Source: Pseudomonadota bacterium (lineage in GTDB: Bacteria > Pseudomonadota > Gammaproteobacteria > Burkholderiales > Burkholderiaceae_C). Taken from it: a stretch of DNA of 64,000 bases. The position numbers and the translations under genes are program-made. The DNA is taken from contig JAIUOM010000001.1 of NCBI GenBank assembly GCA_020161215.1, forward strand, positions 23,170 to 87,169, read 5' to 3'. Positions 56,070-64,000 of this stretch are shown here, one piece after another. The notes beneath the pieces are model-generated. The model worked only from the letters and a program-made list of their open reading frames with translations. It did no database searches and was not told where the DNA came from. The number at the start of each line of letters is the position of its first letter. The stretch's first letter is position 1.

Positions 56070-56681
56070 ATGCCTAGCATCGACGTGCCCGCAGCACATT
56101 TAAAAGCCTTGGCGCGGTTCACCGTCCCCAAGGACATCCGCAGCTCTTATCGGGGGGTATGGGTGGAGCGCTCGCGGGTCTACCGTAGCGGGTTCACCCT
56201 GGCCGCATCCAACGGGTTCGCCCTGGCCGTCCTGCACTACGCGGAGGGCGGGCGCGAGCTGGGGCCAACACCCTACATGATCGACCCAAAACCGCCGAAG
56301 CCGGCGCGGCGAGAGGTTCAGCCAAGGTTCACCCAAAAGCTGGTCCGGGTGCGTTGGTCCGAGCCGGCCAATGCCCAAGGCGGCTTACCTTGGCGGGATG
56401 TCTTTCCGGCACAGATCACCGGGGAGCCGGCGCAATACGCGCCCCACAGCTTGAACTTGTTCGGCCGGTTGGCTGCTGCGGTTGCAAATCAGCGGCTGGG
56501 CAACCCGGCTATTCCGTGCATCCACTACAACGGCCCCAATCACCCCGGAATCGTCACTTTCCCGGCGCTGGACAGCGATGAAGCCGCCCCCGAGTTCGTC
56601 GGTGTTATCTCCCCGGTCCATAGCTGGCCCGCAGAGGGGACCCATGCAGGCCCGTACATGCCTGCCGTTTGGGCCGCTTGA
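56070..56681 (+). CDS. Hypothetical early protein (203 aa)
   Basis: AAGGAG RBS before the ATG at 56070. The N-terminal LKALARFTVPKD...GFTLAASNGFALAV faintly recalls a beta-clamp domain; unverified. Confidence 0.5.
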   Translation: MPSIDVPAAHLKALARFTVPKDIRSSYRGVWVERSRVYRSGFTLAASNGFALAVLHYAEGGRELGPTPYMIDPKPPKPARREVQPRFTQKLVRVRWSEPANAQGGLPWRDVFPAQITGEPAQYAPHSLNLFGRLAAAVANQRLGNPAIPCIHYNGPNHPGIVTFPALDSDEAAPEFVGVISPVHSWPAEGTHAGPYMPAVWAA

Positions 56682-56715
56682 CGTGGCCGCAGAAAACTCC
56701 TTTCAGAGAATCAAT

Positions 56716-56940
56716 ATGACAAACGAAATCCGCCCGATCTTGAACATCACCCGCCGCGCTTGTCCCGCCCAGAAGTTCGCCAAATACGCCCGCGTGGTGT
56801 TCCCCGAGGGGGTCACCCGCAGCGCTGTCGAGGCCACCATTGGGCGCTTCCCGGCGTCCGAGGGGTTCCGCGTGAGCCTGCGCCGCTCTGGCCCCGTGGG
56901 CTTTTCGCTCCCCCTTGAGCTGGCCGAGCTGGGGGCATGA
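56716..56940 (+). CDS. Hypothetical protein (74 aa)
   Basis: Internal ATG of ORF 56482-56940; abuts the next ORF (ATGA overlap). Confidence 0.4.
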   Translation: MTNEIRPILNITRRACPAQKFAKYARVVFPEGVTRSAVEATIGRFPASEGFRVSLRRSGPVGFSLPLELAELGA

Positions 56941-57245
56941 CCATGGCACGCATCGACATAAACCACATCCTGCTCTTGCGCCCGGTCGGTAGTCGGTACG
57001 GGGCACCGCTGGGCCGTAGGAACGTCCTGGGCGAGCCGTCCCCGCTGTATCTCCAGCGTGTCCGGTTTGTGGATGGCGACTACGCCCCCGATGGGACCTA
57101 CTGGGGCGGTGGAGGTGCCCCCCTGTGGTGCGCGTTCACGCCGGACCTATCCACTGAGGTCTATGTGCGAGCGCGGAGCCGCGCGGAGGCGTTTGAGGCC
57201 GTCAAGGCTGAGTGCCCCGAAGCCACTCTTTTCCGTGCGCCCTAA
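56937..57245 (+). CDS. Hypothetical protein (102 aa)
   Basis: ORF track; translationally coupled to the previous ORF. Confidence 0.45.
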   Translation: MTMARIDINHILLLRPVGSRYGAPLGRRNVLGEPSPLYLQRVRFVDGDYAPDGTYWGGGGAPLWCAFTPDLSTEVYVRARSRAEAFEAVKAECPEATLFRAP

Positions 57246-57282
57246 CACTTCCGACATCAATTCTTTCCCGATACAGAAACGC

Positions 57283-57310
57283 TCTCGATATGTCACACCT
57301 TCTCGATGCC
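57283..57310. promoter_or_regulatory. Two TCTCGAT half-sites (O3)
   Basis: tctcgatatgtcacaccttctcgatgcc. Confidence 0.3.
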
Positions 57311-57377
57311 GTTGCTTACTCTGGTGGCCGATTCTGCTGGGCTTTCCCCGGCATAAAAGTAACCAAAAAACACTCAA

Positions 57378-57390
57378 ATTACCGGGTAAT
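57378..57390. promoter_or_regulatory. Palindrome ATTACC-G-GGTAAT
   Basis: In the 450-bp lower-GC non-coding region upstream of the MarR-like gene. Confidence 0.4.
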
Positions 57391-57488
57391 TCCCGTTGTT
57401 TTAACGCGACTTAACCATGGAAACAGGGGCTTGCGCAACAGGTCCGGTGTAACATCCTCTCCCGCTGCCGGGACAATCATTGAATCGA

Positions 57489-57532
57489 GTTACTGCCGGT
57501 AACGGTAGTTATGATCCTTCTTTATCCATAAC
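57489..57532. promoter_or_regulatory. Palindromes GTTAC-TGCCG-GTAAC and GTTATG-N13-CATAAC
   Basis: Read directly; share the TTAC..GTAA theme with 57378. Confidence 0.4.
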
Positions 57533-57697
57533 ATAGGATCGTCGTTTTGATGCACGTCAAAGTAGCTGGGCACGAAGTAATTCTCACGACCGCCCCCTTA
57601 GCGCCGCCGTATGCAGCGTTCGACCGAACGTACTGCGGTGGATTTGAGGTCTTCTTAGGGCCTCTCCATCTAATCTACAGCCGACCAAGGAAACGCT

Positions 57698-58084
57698 GTG
57701 AACGAAAAACTAACAATCGAGGAGCGTATTGCAACGAACCGCCTGTATGCGGTGTTGGAGGAACTGGGGGGCGTACATCCGAATATGACGGTAGCGCAGC
57801 TCAAGACTCTCGTTGCAGCAGCGTTGAATCCAGGCAGCACCGTGACCGAGCTTGGAAAGCTGACTGGAACCACCCTCTCGTCCGCTTCGCGGCACGTCGA
57901 TGCACTTGGCCCGCTCCAGGCGACCCGCAAGATCGGTATGGATTTGGTGACATCTGACTATGACGCCCTAAACAGGCGCCGGAAAGTGGTCCAGCTCACC
58001 GCAGACGGCTACCGCCTCCTACGCGCGGTGCTGATGCGGATGGCCGGTCCTGCTGGGATCACTGTGACACGTCCTAAGGAGTAA
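57698..58084 (+). CDS. MarR-like winged-helix transcriptional regulator
   Basis: MTVAQLKTLVAAALNPGSTVTELGKLTGTTLSSASRHVDAL...RRKVVQLTADGYRLL. GTG start after AAGGAAA; 4 nt upstream of the integrase gene. Confidence 0.6.
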   Translation: MNEKLTIEERIATNRLYAVLEELGGVHPNMTVAQLKTLVAAALNPGSTVTELGKLTGTTLSSASRHVDALGPLQATRKIGMDLVTSDYDALNRRRKVVQLTADGYRLLRAVLMRMAGPAGITVTRPKE

Positions 58085-58088
58085 TTGA

Positions 58089-59312
58089 ATGCCTATCTAT
58101 GAACGAGGAGGCGCCTTTCAGGTGTCCGTGGGGTCAGGGGCTGCGCGAAAGCGCGAGACGACCTCCACCAGAGCGGAAGCCGAGGCCCTTGAACTGGCCC
58201 TGCTGGCCGAGTTGCGCGATGAAAAGCTGCGACGTGTAGCGGCCCGCGCCCAGGGTGACCCAGCAAAGACTGTGGGGCACGCTGTCGAGGCCGCTATTCG
58301 GGACCACTGGCTGGACACCAAGAGCCGACGCACTACGGAGCTGAATGTGCGCGACATCGCCGCCATCCTCGGATGGGACCGCCCGCTGGTGAGCCTCATG
58401 ACGAGTGACGTGGACGACGCCGTTGCGGAGCTGATTGAGCGCGGAATCACCGGGTCCACGATCAACCGCAAGCTGTCCGCCCTGAGCGTGTCCCTGCGCA
58501 ACGCCCGCCGCAAAGGGTGGGTGAAGGACCTACCGGACATCCTCAGGAGGAAAGAATCGGAATGTCGCATCGGCTGGTACACGGAGGAGACCGAGAAGCT
58601 GATGCTGGACACATGCGAGCGGCTGGGTCTGAATGCCCTGGCGAACTTCATCACGGTTGGCATCGACACTGGGTTCCGCCGCACGGAGATGCTGCGGCTG
58701 GTCCCTGCCGACTTAGCTGGCGGTCTGGTCATCCTGCATGCTGGGGAAACCAAGAGCGGTAAGGCCCGCGCTGTGCCCGCTACGGAGTCCGTGGTTGCCG
58801 TCTTTGAAGCTGCCAAGGGGGTCGGTAGCCCCCGCGTGTTTCAGAGCCTCACAGACTCAATCCTGAGGTCGCAATGGTCCCAGCTCCGGGAGGCCCTACA
58901 TCGAGAGCAAGACCCGTTCTTCATCGTGCACACCCTGCGTCATACCACAGCCACCCGGCTGGCCTTCGCTGGGGCCACCGCACCGCAGATCATGGCGTTC
59001 ATGGGGCACTCAAGCCTTCAGGTCTCGCAGAAGTACATCCACCTTGCTGCGGAACACGTCAAAGGGATTGAAGTGCTGTTGACCAGGAAGGCCCCAAGGG
59101 TGGTTTCAGCCCCCCTGCCGACACCTCTGCCGGTTCCCGCTCAACCCGCTGCTGGGGACCCTACTGAGGCACCTTGTGACACCAAACCTGCCACAAACCC
59201 CCTTTTTCGCCAATCATTCTCGATATCGGGACCATCTCAATATCGAGTTACAAATCAACAGTTTAGTGGGTTTTCACTGGGCAACTTAGGAGGGCCGTGG
59301 CAGAAAACATAA
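58089..59312 (+). CDS. Tyrosine recombinase/integrase
   Basis: RRTEMLRL (Arg I), HTLRHTTATRL (HxxR), MGHSSLQVSQKYIH (His...Tyr). About 85 non-conserved-looking C-terminal residues overlap regulatory motifs. Confidence 0.85.
   Translation: MPIYERGGAFQVSVGSGAARKRETTSTRAEAEALELALLAELRDEKLRRVAARAQGDPAKTVGHAVEAAIRDHWLDTKSRRTTELNVRDIAAILGWDRPLVSLMTSDVDDAVAELIERGITGSTINRKLSALSVSLRNARRKGWVKDLPDILRRKESECRIGWYTEETEKLMLDTCERLGLNALANFITVGIDTGFRRTEMLRLVPADLAGGLVILHAGETKSGKARAVPATESVVAVFEAAKGVGSPRVFQSLTDSILRSQWSQLREALHREQDPFFIVHTLRHTTATRLAFAGATAPQIMAFMGHSSLQVSQKYIHLAAEHVKGIEVLLTRKAPRVVSAPLPTPLPVPAQPAAGDPTEAPCDTKPATNPLFRQSFSISGPSQYRVTNQQFSGFSLGNLGGPWQKT
59175..59195. promoter_or_regulatory. TGTGACAC-N5-CTGCCACA motif (copy C)
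   Basis: tgtgacaccaaacctgccaca, 164 bp from the attR core. Confidence 0.4.
59218..59248. promoter_or_regulatory. Operator pair O4: TCTCGATATCGGGA + TCTCAATATCGAGT
   Basis: Same 14-mer and 17-bp register as O1/O2; inside the integrase 3' end. Confidence 0.5.
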
Positions 59313-59358
59313 TCGGATTCGAGAGCTTCGCGTCAACGGCAGGGACTTTAGCAGTGTC

Positions 59359-59369
59359 TTTTAAGTCCG
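59359..59369. repeat. attR core, 11-bp direct repeat TTTTAAGTCCG
   Basis: Identical to 20634-20644. Confidence 0.8.
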
Positions 59370-59397
59370 CTGTGTCTACCTGTTTCACCACCGGGGC
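59359..59397 (-). pseudogene. 5' part of the split host tRNA-Leu(UAA) gene (acceptor strand, D arm, anticodon stem 5' strand and loop)
   Basis: The reverse complement is GCCCCGG-TG-GTGAAACAGGTAGACAC-A-GCGGA-CTTAAAA. The sequence then continues into non-tRNA phage DNA. Confidence 0.8.
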
Positions 59398-59493
59398 GAT
59401 TGTCCGGTCCCGATCATCCACGGCGGGCACGCTGGCCGAAACACTATACCCCCGCAGCCCCGTCGGCGCGAGTCGAACCCGCGGGTACCCATC

Positions 59494-59532
59494 GATAAAA
59501 GAAAAAACCACCCGTGCTTGTGGCACGCGTGG
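59494..59532 (-). terminator. Rho-independent terminator downstream of tRNA-Lys
   Basis: 10-bp stem (one mismatch) ccacgcgtgc/gcacgggtgg followed by TTTTTTCTTTT on the minus strand. Confidence 0.6.
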
Positions 59533-59544
59533 CTTTCGTATTTT

Positions 59545-59620
59545 TGGTGGGTCGTGCGTGACTCGAACACGCGACCAACGGATTAAAAGTCCGCTGCTCT
59601 ACCAACTGAGCTAACGACCC
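59545..59620 (-). tRNA. tRNA-Lys (anticodon UUU)
   Basis: The reverse complement GGGTCGTTAGCTCAGTTGGTAGAGCAGCGGACTTTTAATCCGTTGGTCGCGTGTTCGAGTCACGCACGACCCACCA folds as a canonical 76-nt cloverleaf. Confidence 0.9.
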
Positions 59621-59657
59621 CCACACACCATTCGCTATGAGCCTCTTGTGAAGCGCC

Positions 59658-60488
59658 TTAGCGATCTGGCAAGCCTTGCATTATAGCGTGTTTTTTTGCG
59701 TGTCCTGAAGCGATCTGATTCAGCACCCACCCCGCCGCGCAAAAACCAAAACTGGCGGTCACGGCCACGCTCGATCCGTAGCCGTGACAGTTGAGTGTAC
59801 CGTCCCTCTCGGCCGGACTCTCGCAGGCCTCCGGCATGGCCACCGCCTCGCGGCTGAACACGACGGGCACACCGATGCGCTTGCCCTGTGTCGGCGCGCC
59901 ATGCTGGCGCCGCAGACGGTAGCGCAACTGGGCCATCAGCGGGTCGTGCGTCACCTCGGCCAAATCGGCGATCTCCACGCGCTCGGGGTGGCGCTTGCCA
60001 CCGGCCGCCCCCACCGCCATGAAGCACGCGCCGCTGTGCAACGCCCAGGCCGCCATGGCGACCTTGGCGGCCATCTGGTCACAGGCGTCGATCACGGCAT
60101 GCACCGGCGCCGGCAGCAGCGCCGGCCAGTTGCCGGGCTCGACGAATTCCTCGACCTCATGCACCTGGCAACCCGGGTGGATCTGCAAGATGCGCTCGCG
60201 CATCGCCGTCACCTTGGCCTGCCCCAGGGTGCCGCTCAGGGCGTGCACCTGACGGTTGACGTTCGATTCAGCCACCTGGTCCAGGTCGATCAGGGTGAGG
60301 GCCGCCACGCCGCTGCGCGCCAAGGCCTCGGCCACCCAGGAGCCCACGCCGCCGATGCCGACCACGGCCACGTGGGCGCCCCGGATGCGCCGCGCGCCCT
60401 CCGCGCCGTACAGGCGCGCCAGGCCGCCAAAACGGCGCTCCAGATCGGCGGCGTCGCCCTCCACGACCGAAGACCAGGGCGCGCTCAC
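59658..60488 (-). CDS. tcdA: tRNA threonylcarbamoyladenosine dehydratase (ThiF/MoeB-type)
   Basis: RFGGLARLYGAEGARRIRGAHVAVVGIGGVGSWVAEALARSGVAALTLIDLDQVAESNVNRQVHAL parallels E. coli TcdA. The GTG at 60488 overlaps the upstream stop (GTGA); the ORF-track extension to 60815 is rejected. Confidence 0.8.
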   Translation of the reverse strand: MSAPWSSVVEGDAADLERRFGGLARLYGAEGARRIRGAHVAVVGIGGVGSWVAEALARSGVAALTLIDLDQVAESNVNRQVHALSGTLGQAKVTAMRERILQIHPGCQVHEVEEFVEPGNWPALLPAPVHAVIDACDQMAAKVAMAAWALHSGACFMAVGAAGGKRHPERVEIADLAEVTHDPLMAQLRYRLRRQHGAPTQGKRIGVPVVFSREAVAMPEACESPAERDGTLNCHGYGSSVAVTASFGFCAAGWVLNQIASGHAKKHAIMQGLPDR

Positions 60489-61636
60489 AGGCTGCGCTCC
60501 AGACGCCAGGCCTGGTAGCGCAGCGCGGCCACGGCACCGGCCACGATGCCCGCCACCGCCGTGAAGCTGGTCAGGCTCAGGTTGGACACGCCGGACAGCC
60601 CCTGGCCGATGGTGCAGCCCAGCGCCGTCACCCCGCCCACGCCCATCAGCGTACCGCCGATCAGGTGGTTGGTCAGGTCTTCCGTGGTCTTGAAGCCTTC
60701 CCAGCGGAACTGGCGCGACACCAGCGCCATCAACGCCGCGCCGGCCACCACCCCGGCCACCGACGCCACGGCAATGCTCACACGCTGATTGCTGTCGCTG
60801 AAGAACATCAGCCAATCGATGGCGTAGGCCAGCGGCGCGGTGAAGGTCAGGGCCTCCATGCGGCCGGTGCGCGCGGCCAGGTAGGTGGCCTCCAACGTCT
60901 CGGGGTGCTCGGCCACGAAACCCAGCCTACCGCTGACCCACCACATGACGGTGATGATCAGGCCAATGCCCAGCCCGGCCAGCAGGTTCTCCCCGGTTCT
61001 GAACCCACGCCCGGCCAAAGCCCACGCCACCAGGGGCAGCCCGACCAGCAGCGCCGCCACGCCGAGGGTGAGCGGCACGGGCCAACCGCCCCACTGCGCC
61101 GCCAGGTGCCCCACGATGGCCGGGCCGGAAAACTCGACGAACACCCGGTCCACCGTGCGGTCACGCAGCACGGCGGTCACGCCGCGCAAGGTGGCGTAGG
61201 CCGACAGCGCCATGGCCAGAAACACCACCAGCGCCTTCAGATTGCCAGTACCCATGCGCACCAGGGTCTTGCCGCCGCAGCCGGAAGCCAGCACCATGCC
61301 CACCCCGAACAGCAGACCGCCCACCAGGGACGACAACCACATCCAGCGCGGTCCGGCGTAGACCGAGTCACCGGGATGAATCCAGCCCCCCCCGGCCAGA
61401 GCCCCGAAGCCCAGCACAGCCACCCCCGCCGCCAGCACCCACTGGCGCAGGCGATGCGTGCTGCCCATGGTGACCACGTCGGCGATCGCGCCCATGGTGC
61501 AAAACCGCGTGCGCTGGACAATGGCGCCAAACACCGCCGACAGCGCAAAAGTGGCCAGCAGCACGTGGCGCGTGAGGTCGCGGATGTCGGACATGTCGGG
61601 CATGGGGCGCCATTCTATTGAAGACCCGGCTTGCAT
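60485..61636 (-). CDS. YeeE/YedE-family (sulfur-transport-like) membrane protein
   Basis: [12 protein letters not shown] and a second GCTIGQG motif; polytopic. The start is uncertain (61636, 61603 or 61594). Confidence 0.65.
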   Translation of the reverse strand: MQAGSSIEWRPMPDMSDIRDLTRHVLLATFALSAVFGAIVQRTRFCTMGAIADVVTMGSTHRLRQWVLAAGVAVLGFGALAGGGWIHPGDSVYAGPRWMWLSSLVGGLLFGVGMVLASGCGGKTLVRMGTGNLKALVVFLAMALSAYATLRGVTAVLRDRTVDRVFVEFSGPAIVGHLAAQWGGWPVPLTLGVAALLVGLPLVAWALAGRGFRTGENLLAGLGIGLIITVMWWVSGRLGFVAEHPETLEATYLAARTGRMEALTFTAPLAYAIDWLMFFSDSNQRVSIAVASVAGVVAGAALMALVSRQFRWEGFKTTEDLTNHLIGGTLMGVGGVTALGCTIGQGLSGVSNLSLTSFTAVAGIVAGAVAALRYQAWRLERSL

Positions 61637-61864
61637 TCAGGCCATCCGGAGCCACCTCAAATCTTCCAAATTGCTCATTATTTTATAGCACACCAGGATG
61701 TACGGGCGCCGACATATGGGTGTTTTCCTTCTGAACTGGCCTTGCGGCCGCGGCCTGGGCCGCCTTCCGGCCGGGCAGCTAAAATCCGAGCCTTCAGCTT
61801 AGCGCTCCTCTCCGCCCACCGCCTGCGCAGGCGCCCTCCCCCGCGGCCACCGCCGTCACCCGCC

Positions 61865-64000
61865 ATGTCCGACCCGATTCCGCAACCGGGACTTCAGTCC
61901 CTGTCCAAATCCTTTGAACCCGCCGCCATCGAGGCCCACTGGGGCCCCGCGTGGGAGCGGCGCGGCCTGGGCCGGGCCGGCTGGCGCGGCACGGGCGAGC
62001 CCAGCGCTGAAGCGGCCGCCAAGGGCGAGAACTTTGCCGTGCAGCTGCCGCCGCCCAACGTGACCGGCACCCTGCACATGGGCCATGCGTTCAACCAGAC
62101 GATCATGGACAGCCTGACGCGCTACCACCGCATGCGTGGCTTCAACACCGTCTGGGTGCCGGGCACCGACCACGCCGGCATCGCCACCCAGATCGTGGTG
62201 GAGCGCCAGCTGCAAGAACAAGGCCAGAGCCGGCACGACCTGGGCCGCAAAAATTTCGTCGCCCGCGTGTGGGAGTGGAAGCAGCAGTCGGGCAACACCA
62301 TCACCCAGCAGATGCGCCGCATGGGCGACAGCGTGGACTGGAGCCGCGAGTACTTCACCATGGACGACAAGCTGTCCCAGGTGGTGACCGAGACCTTTGT
62401 GCGCCTGCACGAGCAGGGCCTGATCTACCGCGGCAAGCGCCTGGTCAACTGGGACCCGGAGCTGAAAAGCGCCGTCAGCGACCTGGAGGTGGAAAGCTCC
62501 GAGGAAGACGGCTTTCTGTGGCACATCGCCTACCCCTTGGCCGACGGCAGCGGCGAAAAGCTGGTGGTCGCCACCACCCGCCCCGAAACCATGTTGGGCG
62601 ACGTGGCCGTGATGGTGCACCCCGAGGACGAGCGCTACAGGCACCTGATCGGCAAGGCTGTCACCCTGCCCCTGGTGGGCCGCGAGATCCCGGTGATTGC
62701 CGACGACTACGTGGACAAGGACTTCGGCACCGGCGTGGTCAAGGTCACGCCCGCGCACGACGCCAACGACTACGCCGTGGGCCAGCGCCACCAGCTGCCG
62801 ATGATCGGCGTGCTGAACCTCGACGCCAGCATCAATGACGAAGCGCCCGCCGCCTACCGCGGCCTGGACCGCTTTGCCGCCCGCAAGGCCGTGGTGGCCG
62901 ACCTCGACAAGCTCGGCCTGCTGGTCGAGACCAAAAAGCACAAGCTGATGGTGCCGCGCTGCGCCCGCACTGGCCAGATCATCGAGCCGATGCTGACCGA
63001 CCAGTGGTTCTTGGCCATGACCAAGGTCAGCGATCAAGACCCCACGGGCAAGAGCATTGCGCAAAAAGCCATTGAGGCCGTGACCAGCGGCCAGGTGCGC
63101 TTTGTGCCCGAGCAGTGGGTGAACACCTACAACCAGTGGATGGGCAACATCCAGGACTGGACGCTCAGCCGCCAGCTGTGGTGGGGCCACCAGATTCCGG
63201 CCTGGTATGGTGAGGACGGTTCCATTTTTGTAGCGCGCAGCGAAGAAGAGGCGCGCGCCAAGGCCGATAAAGCGGGCTACAAAGGCACGCTGACGCGCGA
63301 CCCGGATGTGCTGGACACCTGGTATTCGTCCGCCATGGTGCCTTTCTCCACCCTCGGTTGGCCGTTGGAAAAGGCTGAACCGCTGTCGGATATGGCGCTG
63401 TACCTGCCCAGCAGCGTGCTGGTCACGGGCCACGACATCATCTTTTTCTGGGTCGCACGCATGATCATGATGACGACCCACTTCACCGGCCAGGTGCCCT
63501 TCAAGGACGTGTACATCCACGGCCTAGTGCTCGACGCGCACGGCAAGAAGATGAGCAAGTCCGAAGGCAACGTGCTCGACCCGGTGGATTTGATCGATGG
63601 CATTGCGCTGGAGCCGCTGCTGCAAAAGCGCACCACGGGCCTGCGCAAACCCGAGACCGCGCCCAAGGTGCGCGAGAACACCAAGAAGGAGTTCCCGGAC
63701 GGCATTCCTGGCTACGGCGCCGATGCGCTGCGCTTTACCTTTGCCGCCATGGCCACGCTGGGGCGCACCGTCAACTTCGACAGCAAGCGCTGCGAGGGCT
63801 ACCGCAACTTCTGCAACAAGCTCTGGAACGCCAGCCGCTTTGTGCTGATGAACACCGAAGGCCACGACTGCGGCCTGCAAGGTGACACCGCGGCCGAGCG
63901 TTCATCGGCCGACCGCTGGATCGTCAGCCGCCTGCAAAAGACCGAGGCCGCCGTGGCCAAGGGCTTTGAGGAGTACCGCCTCGACAACGTGGCCAACACG
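61865..64000 (+). CDS. valS: Valyl-tRNA synthetase, N-terminal ~712 codons (runs off the window end)
   Basis: Hand translation from the ATG at 61865: [26 protein letters not shown]...[14 protein letters not shown] (HIGH) and [14 protein letters not shown] (KMSKS) near 63545. Not in the ORF track because it is open-ended. Confidence 0.85.
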   Translation, partial: MSDPIPQPGLQSLSKSFEPAAIEAHWGPAWERRGLGRAGWRGTGEPSAEAAAKGENFAVQLPPPNVTGTLHMGHAFNQTIMDSLTRYHRMRGFNTVWVPGTDHAGIATQIVVERQLQEQGQSRHDLGRKNFVARVWEWKQQSGNTITQQMRRMGDSVDWSREYFTMDDKLSQVVTETFVRLHEQGLIYRGKRLVNWDPELKSAVSDLEVESSEEDGFLWHIAYPLADGSGEKLVVATTRPETMLGDVAVMVHPEDERYRHLIGKAVTLPLVGREIPVIADDYVDKDFGTGVVKVTPAHDANDYAVGQRHQLPMIGVLNLDASINDEAPAAYRGLDRFAARKAVVADLDKLGLLVETKKHKLMVPRCARTGQIIEPMLTDQWFLAMTKVSDQDPTGKSIAQKAIEAVTSGQVRFVPEQWVNTYNQWMGNIQDWTLSRQLWWGHQIPAWYGEDGSIFVARSEEEARAKADKAGYKGTLTRDPDVLDTWYSSAMVPFSTLGWPLEKAEPLSDMALYLPSSVLVTGHDIIFFWVARMIMMTTHFTGQVPFKDVYIHGLVLDAHGKKMSKSEGNVLDPVDLIDGIALEPLLQKRTTGLRKPETAPKVRENTKKEFPDGIPGYGADALRFTFAAMATLGRTVNFDSKRCEGYRNFCNKLWNASRFVLMNTEGHDCGLQGDTAAERSSADRWIVSRLQKTEAAVAKGFEEYRLDNVANT

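Larger units (their letters stand above)
20634..59369 (+). mobile_element. T7-like (Autographiviridae-type) temperate prophage, ~38.7 kb
   Basis: Bounded by 11-bp direct repeats inside a split tRNA-Leu gene. Complete T7 gene order on the + strand, plus a tyrosine integrase at the right end. GC is visibly lower than in the flanks. Confidence 0.85.

Noticed and set aside
57212-57957. ORFs 57212-57502 (96 aa) and 57547-57957 (136 aa) in or overlapping the MarR upstream region.
   Set aside because: The first runs through palindromic control DNA without an RBS. The second overlaps the MarR-like gene out of frame and lacks recognisable features.
59461-59492. T-arm-like sequence (reverse complement CGCGGGTTCGACTCGCG) between the tRNA-Leu 5' half and tRNA-Lys, possibly another tRNA or fragment.
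   Set aside because: The stem does not pair canonically (G-G clash or a non-T54 loop start). No acceptor/CCA or anticodon arm can be built around it. It is more likely the tRNA-Leu promoter/leader region (a TATAGT lies nearby).
60489-60815. N-terminal 109-aa extension of tcdA in the ORF track.
   Set aside because: It overlaps the 3' end of the YeeE/YedE gene. A GTGA stop/start overlap at 60485-60488 gives a protein of normal TcdA length.

Overview
High-GC (roughly 65-70%) betaproteobacterial chromosome, Burkholderiales/Comamonadaceae-like (inferred from a Bug-family binding protein and overall gene content). It is interrupted by a ~38.7 kb prophage with visibly lower GC. Host left arm (1-20.6 kb): a partial CcoI-like P-type ATPase, uspA, a malonate cluster (matB, crotonase, Bug binding protein, malonyl-CoA decarboxylase), lgt, a LysR regulator, ilvD, cytochrome c, acs, yqhA, fumC divergent from a class I fumarase, murI and an MFS transporter. 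Host right arm (59.4-64 kb): tRNA-Lys, tcdA, a YeeE/YedE membrane protein and partial valS. The prophage (20634-59369) has full T7-type synteny on the + strand: single-subunit RNAP, gp2.5-like SSB, endonuclease I, amidase, primase-helicase, DNAP, exonuclease, portal, scaffold, capsid, tail tubular A/B, internal core proteins, fibre and terminase. After the terminase come a non-coding terminus-like region, an early ORFan block, a MarR-like regulator and a tyrosine integrase. The phage sits inside the anticodon loop of a host tRNA-Leu(UAA) gene, flanked by the 11-bp direct repeat TTTTAAGTCCG. The host tRNA is split and not regenerated. The phage carries its own complete tRNA-Leu(UAA) next to attL, and the attL junction forms a D-arm-less tRNA-like chimera. 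Repeated non-coding elements stand out: four copies of a 30-bp phage-RNAP promoter candidate; a palindromic operator family (TCTCG-N4-CGAGA) at the early promoter, the RNAP gene start, the capsid leader and next to attR; a TGTGACAC...CTGCCACA motif; an 11-bp tandem array flanked by AT-rich DNA; and many hairpin-TTTTCTTTT elements. Accessory genes are an antisense secreted-protein moron, an SGNH hydrolase, and a wHTH-GNAT pair with toxin-antitoxin-like architecture. All coordinates, translations and motif matches were derived by eye from the sequence and ORF track. No database search was run, so start codons and family assignments are provisional.
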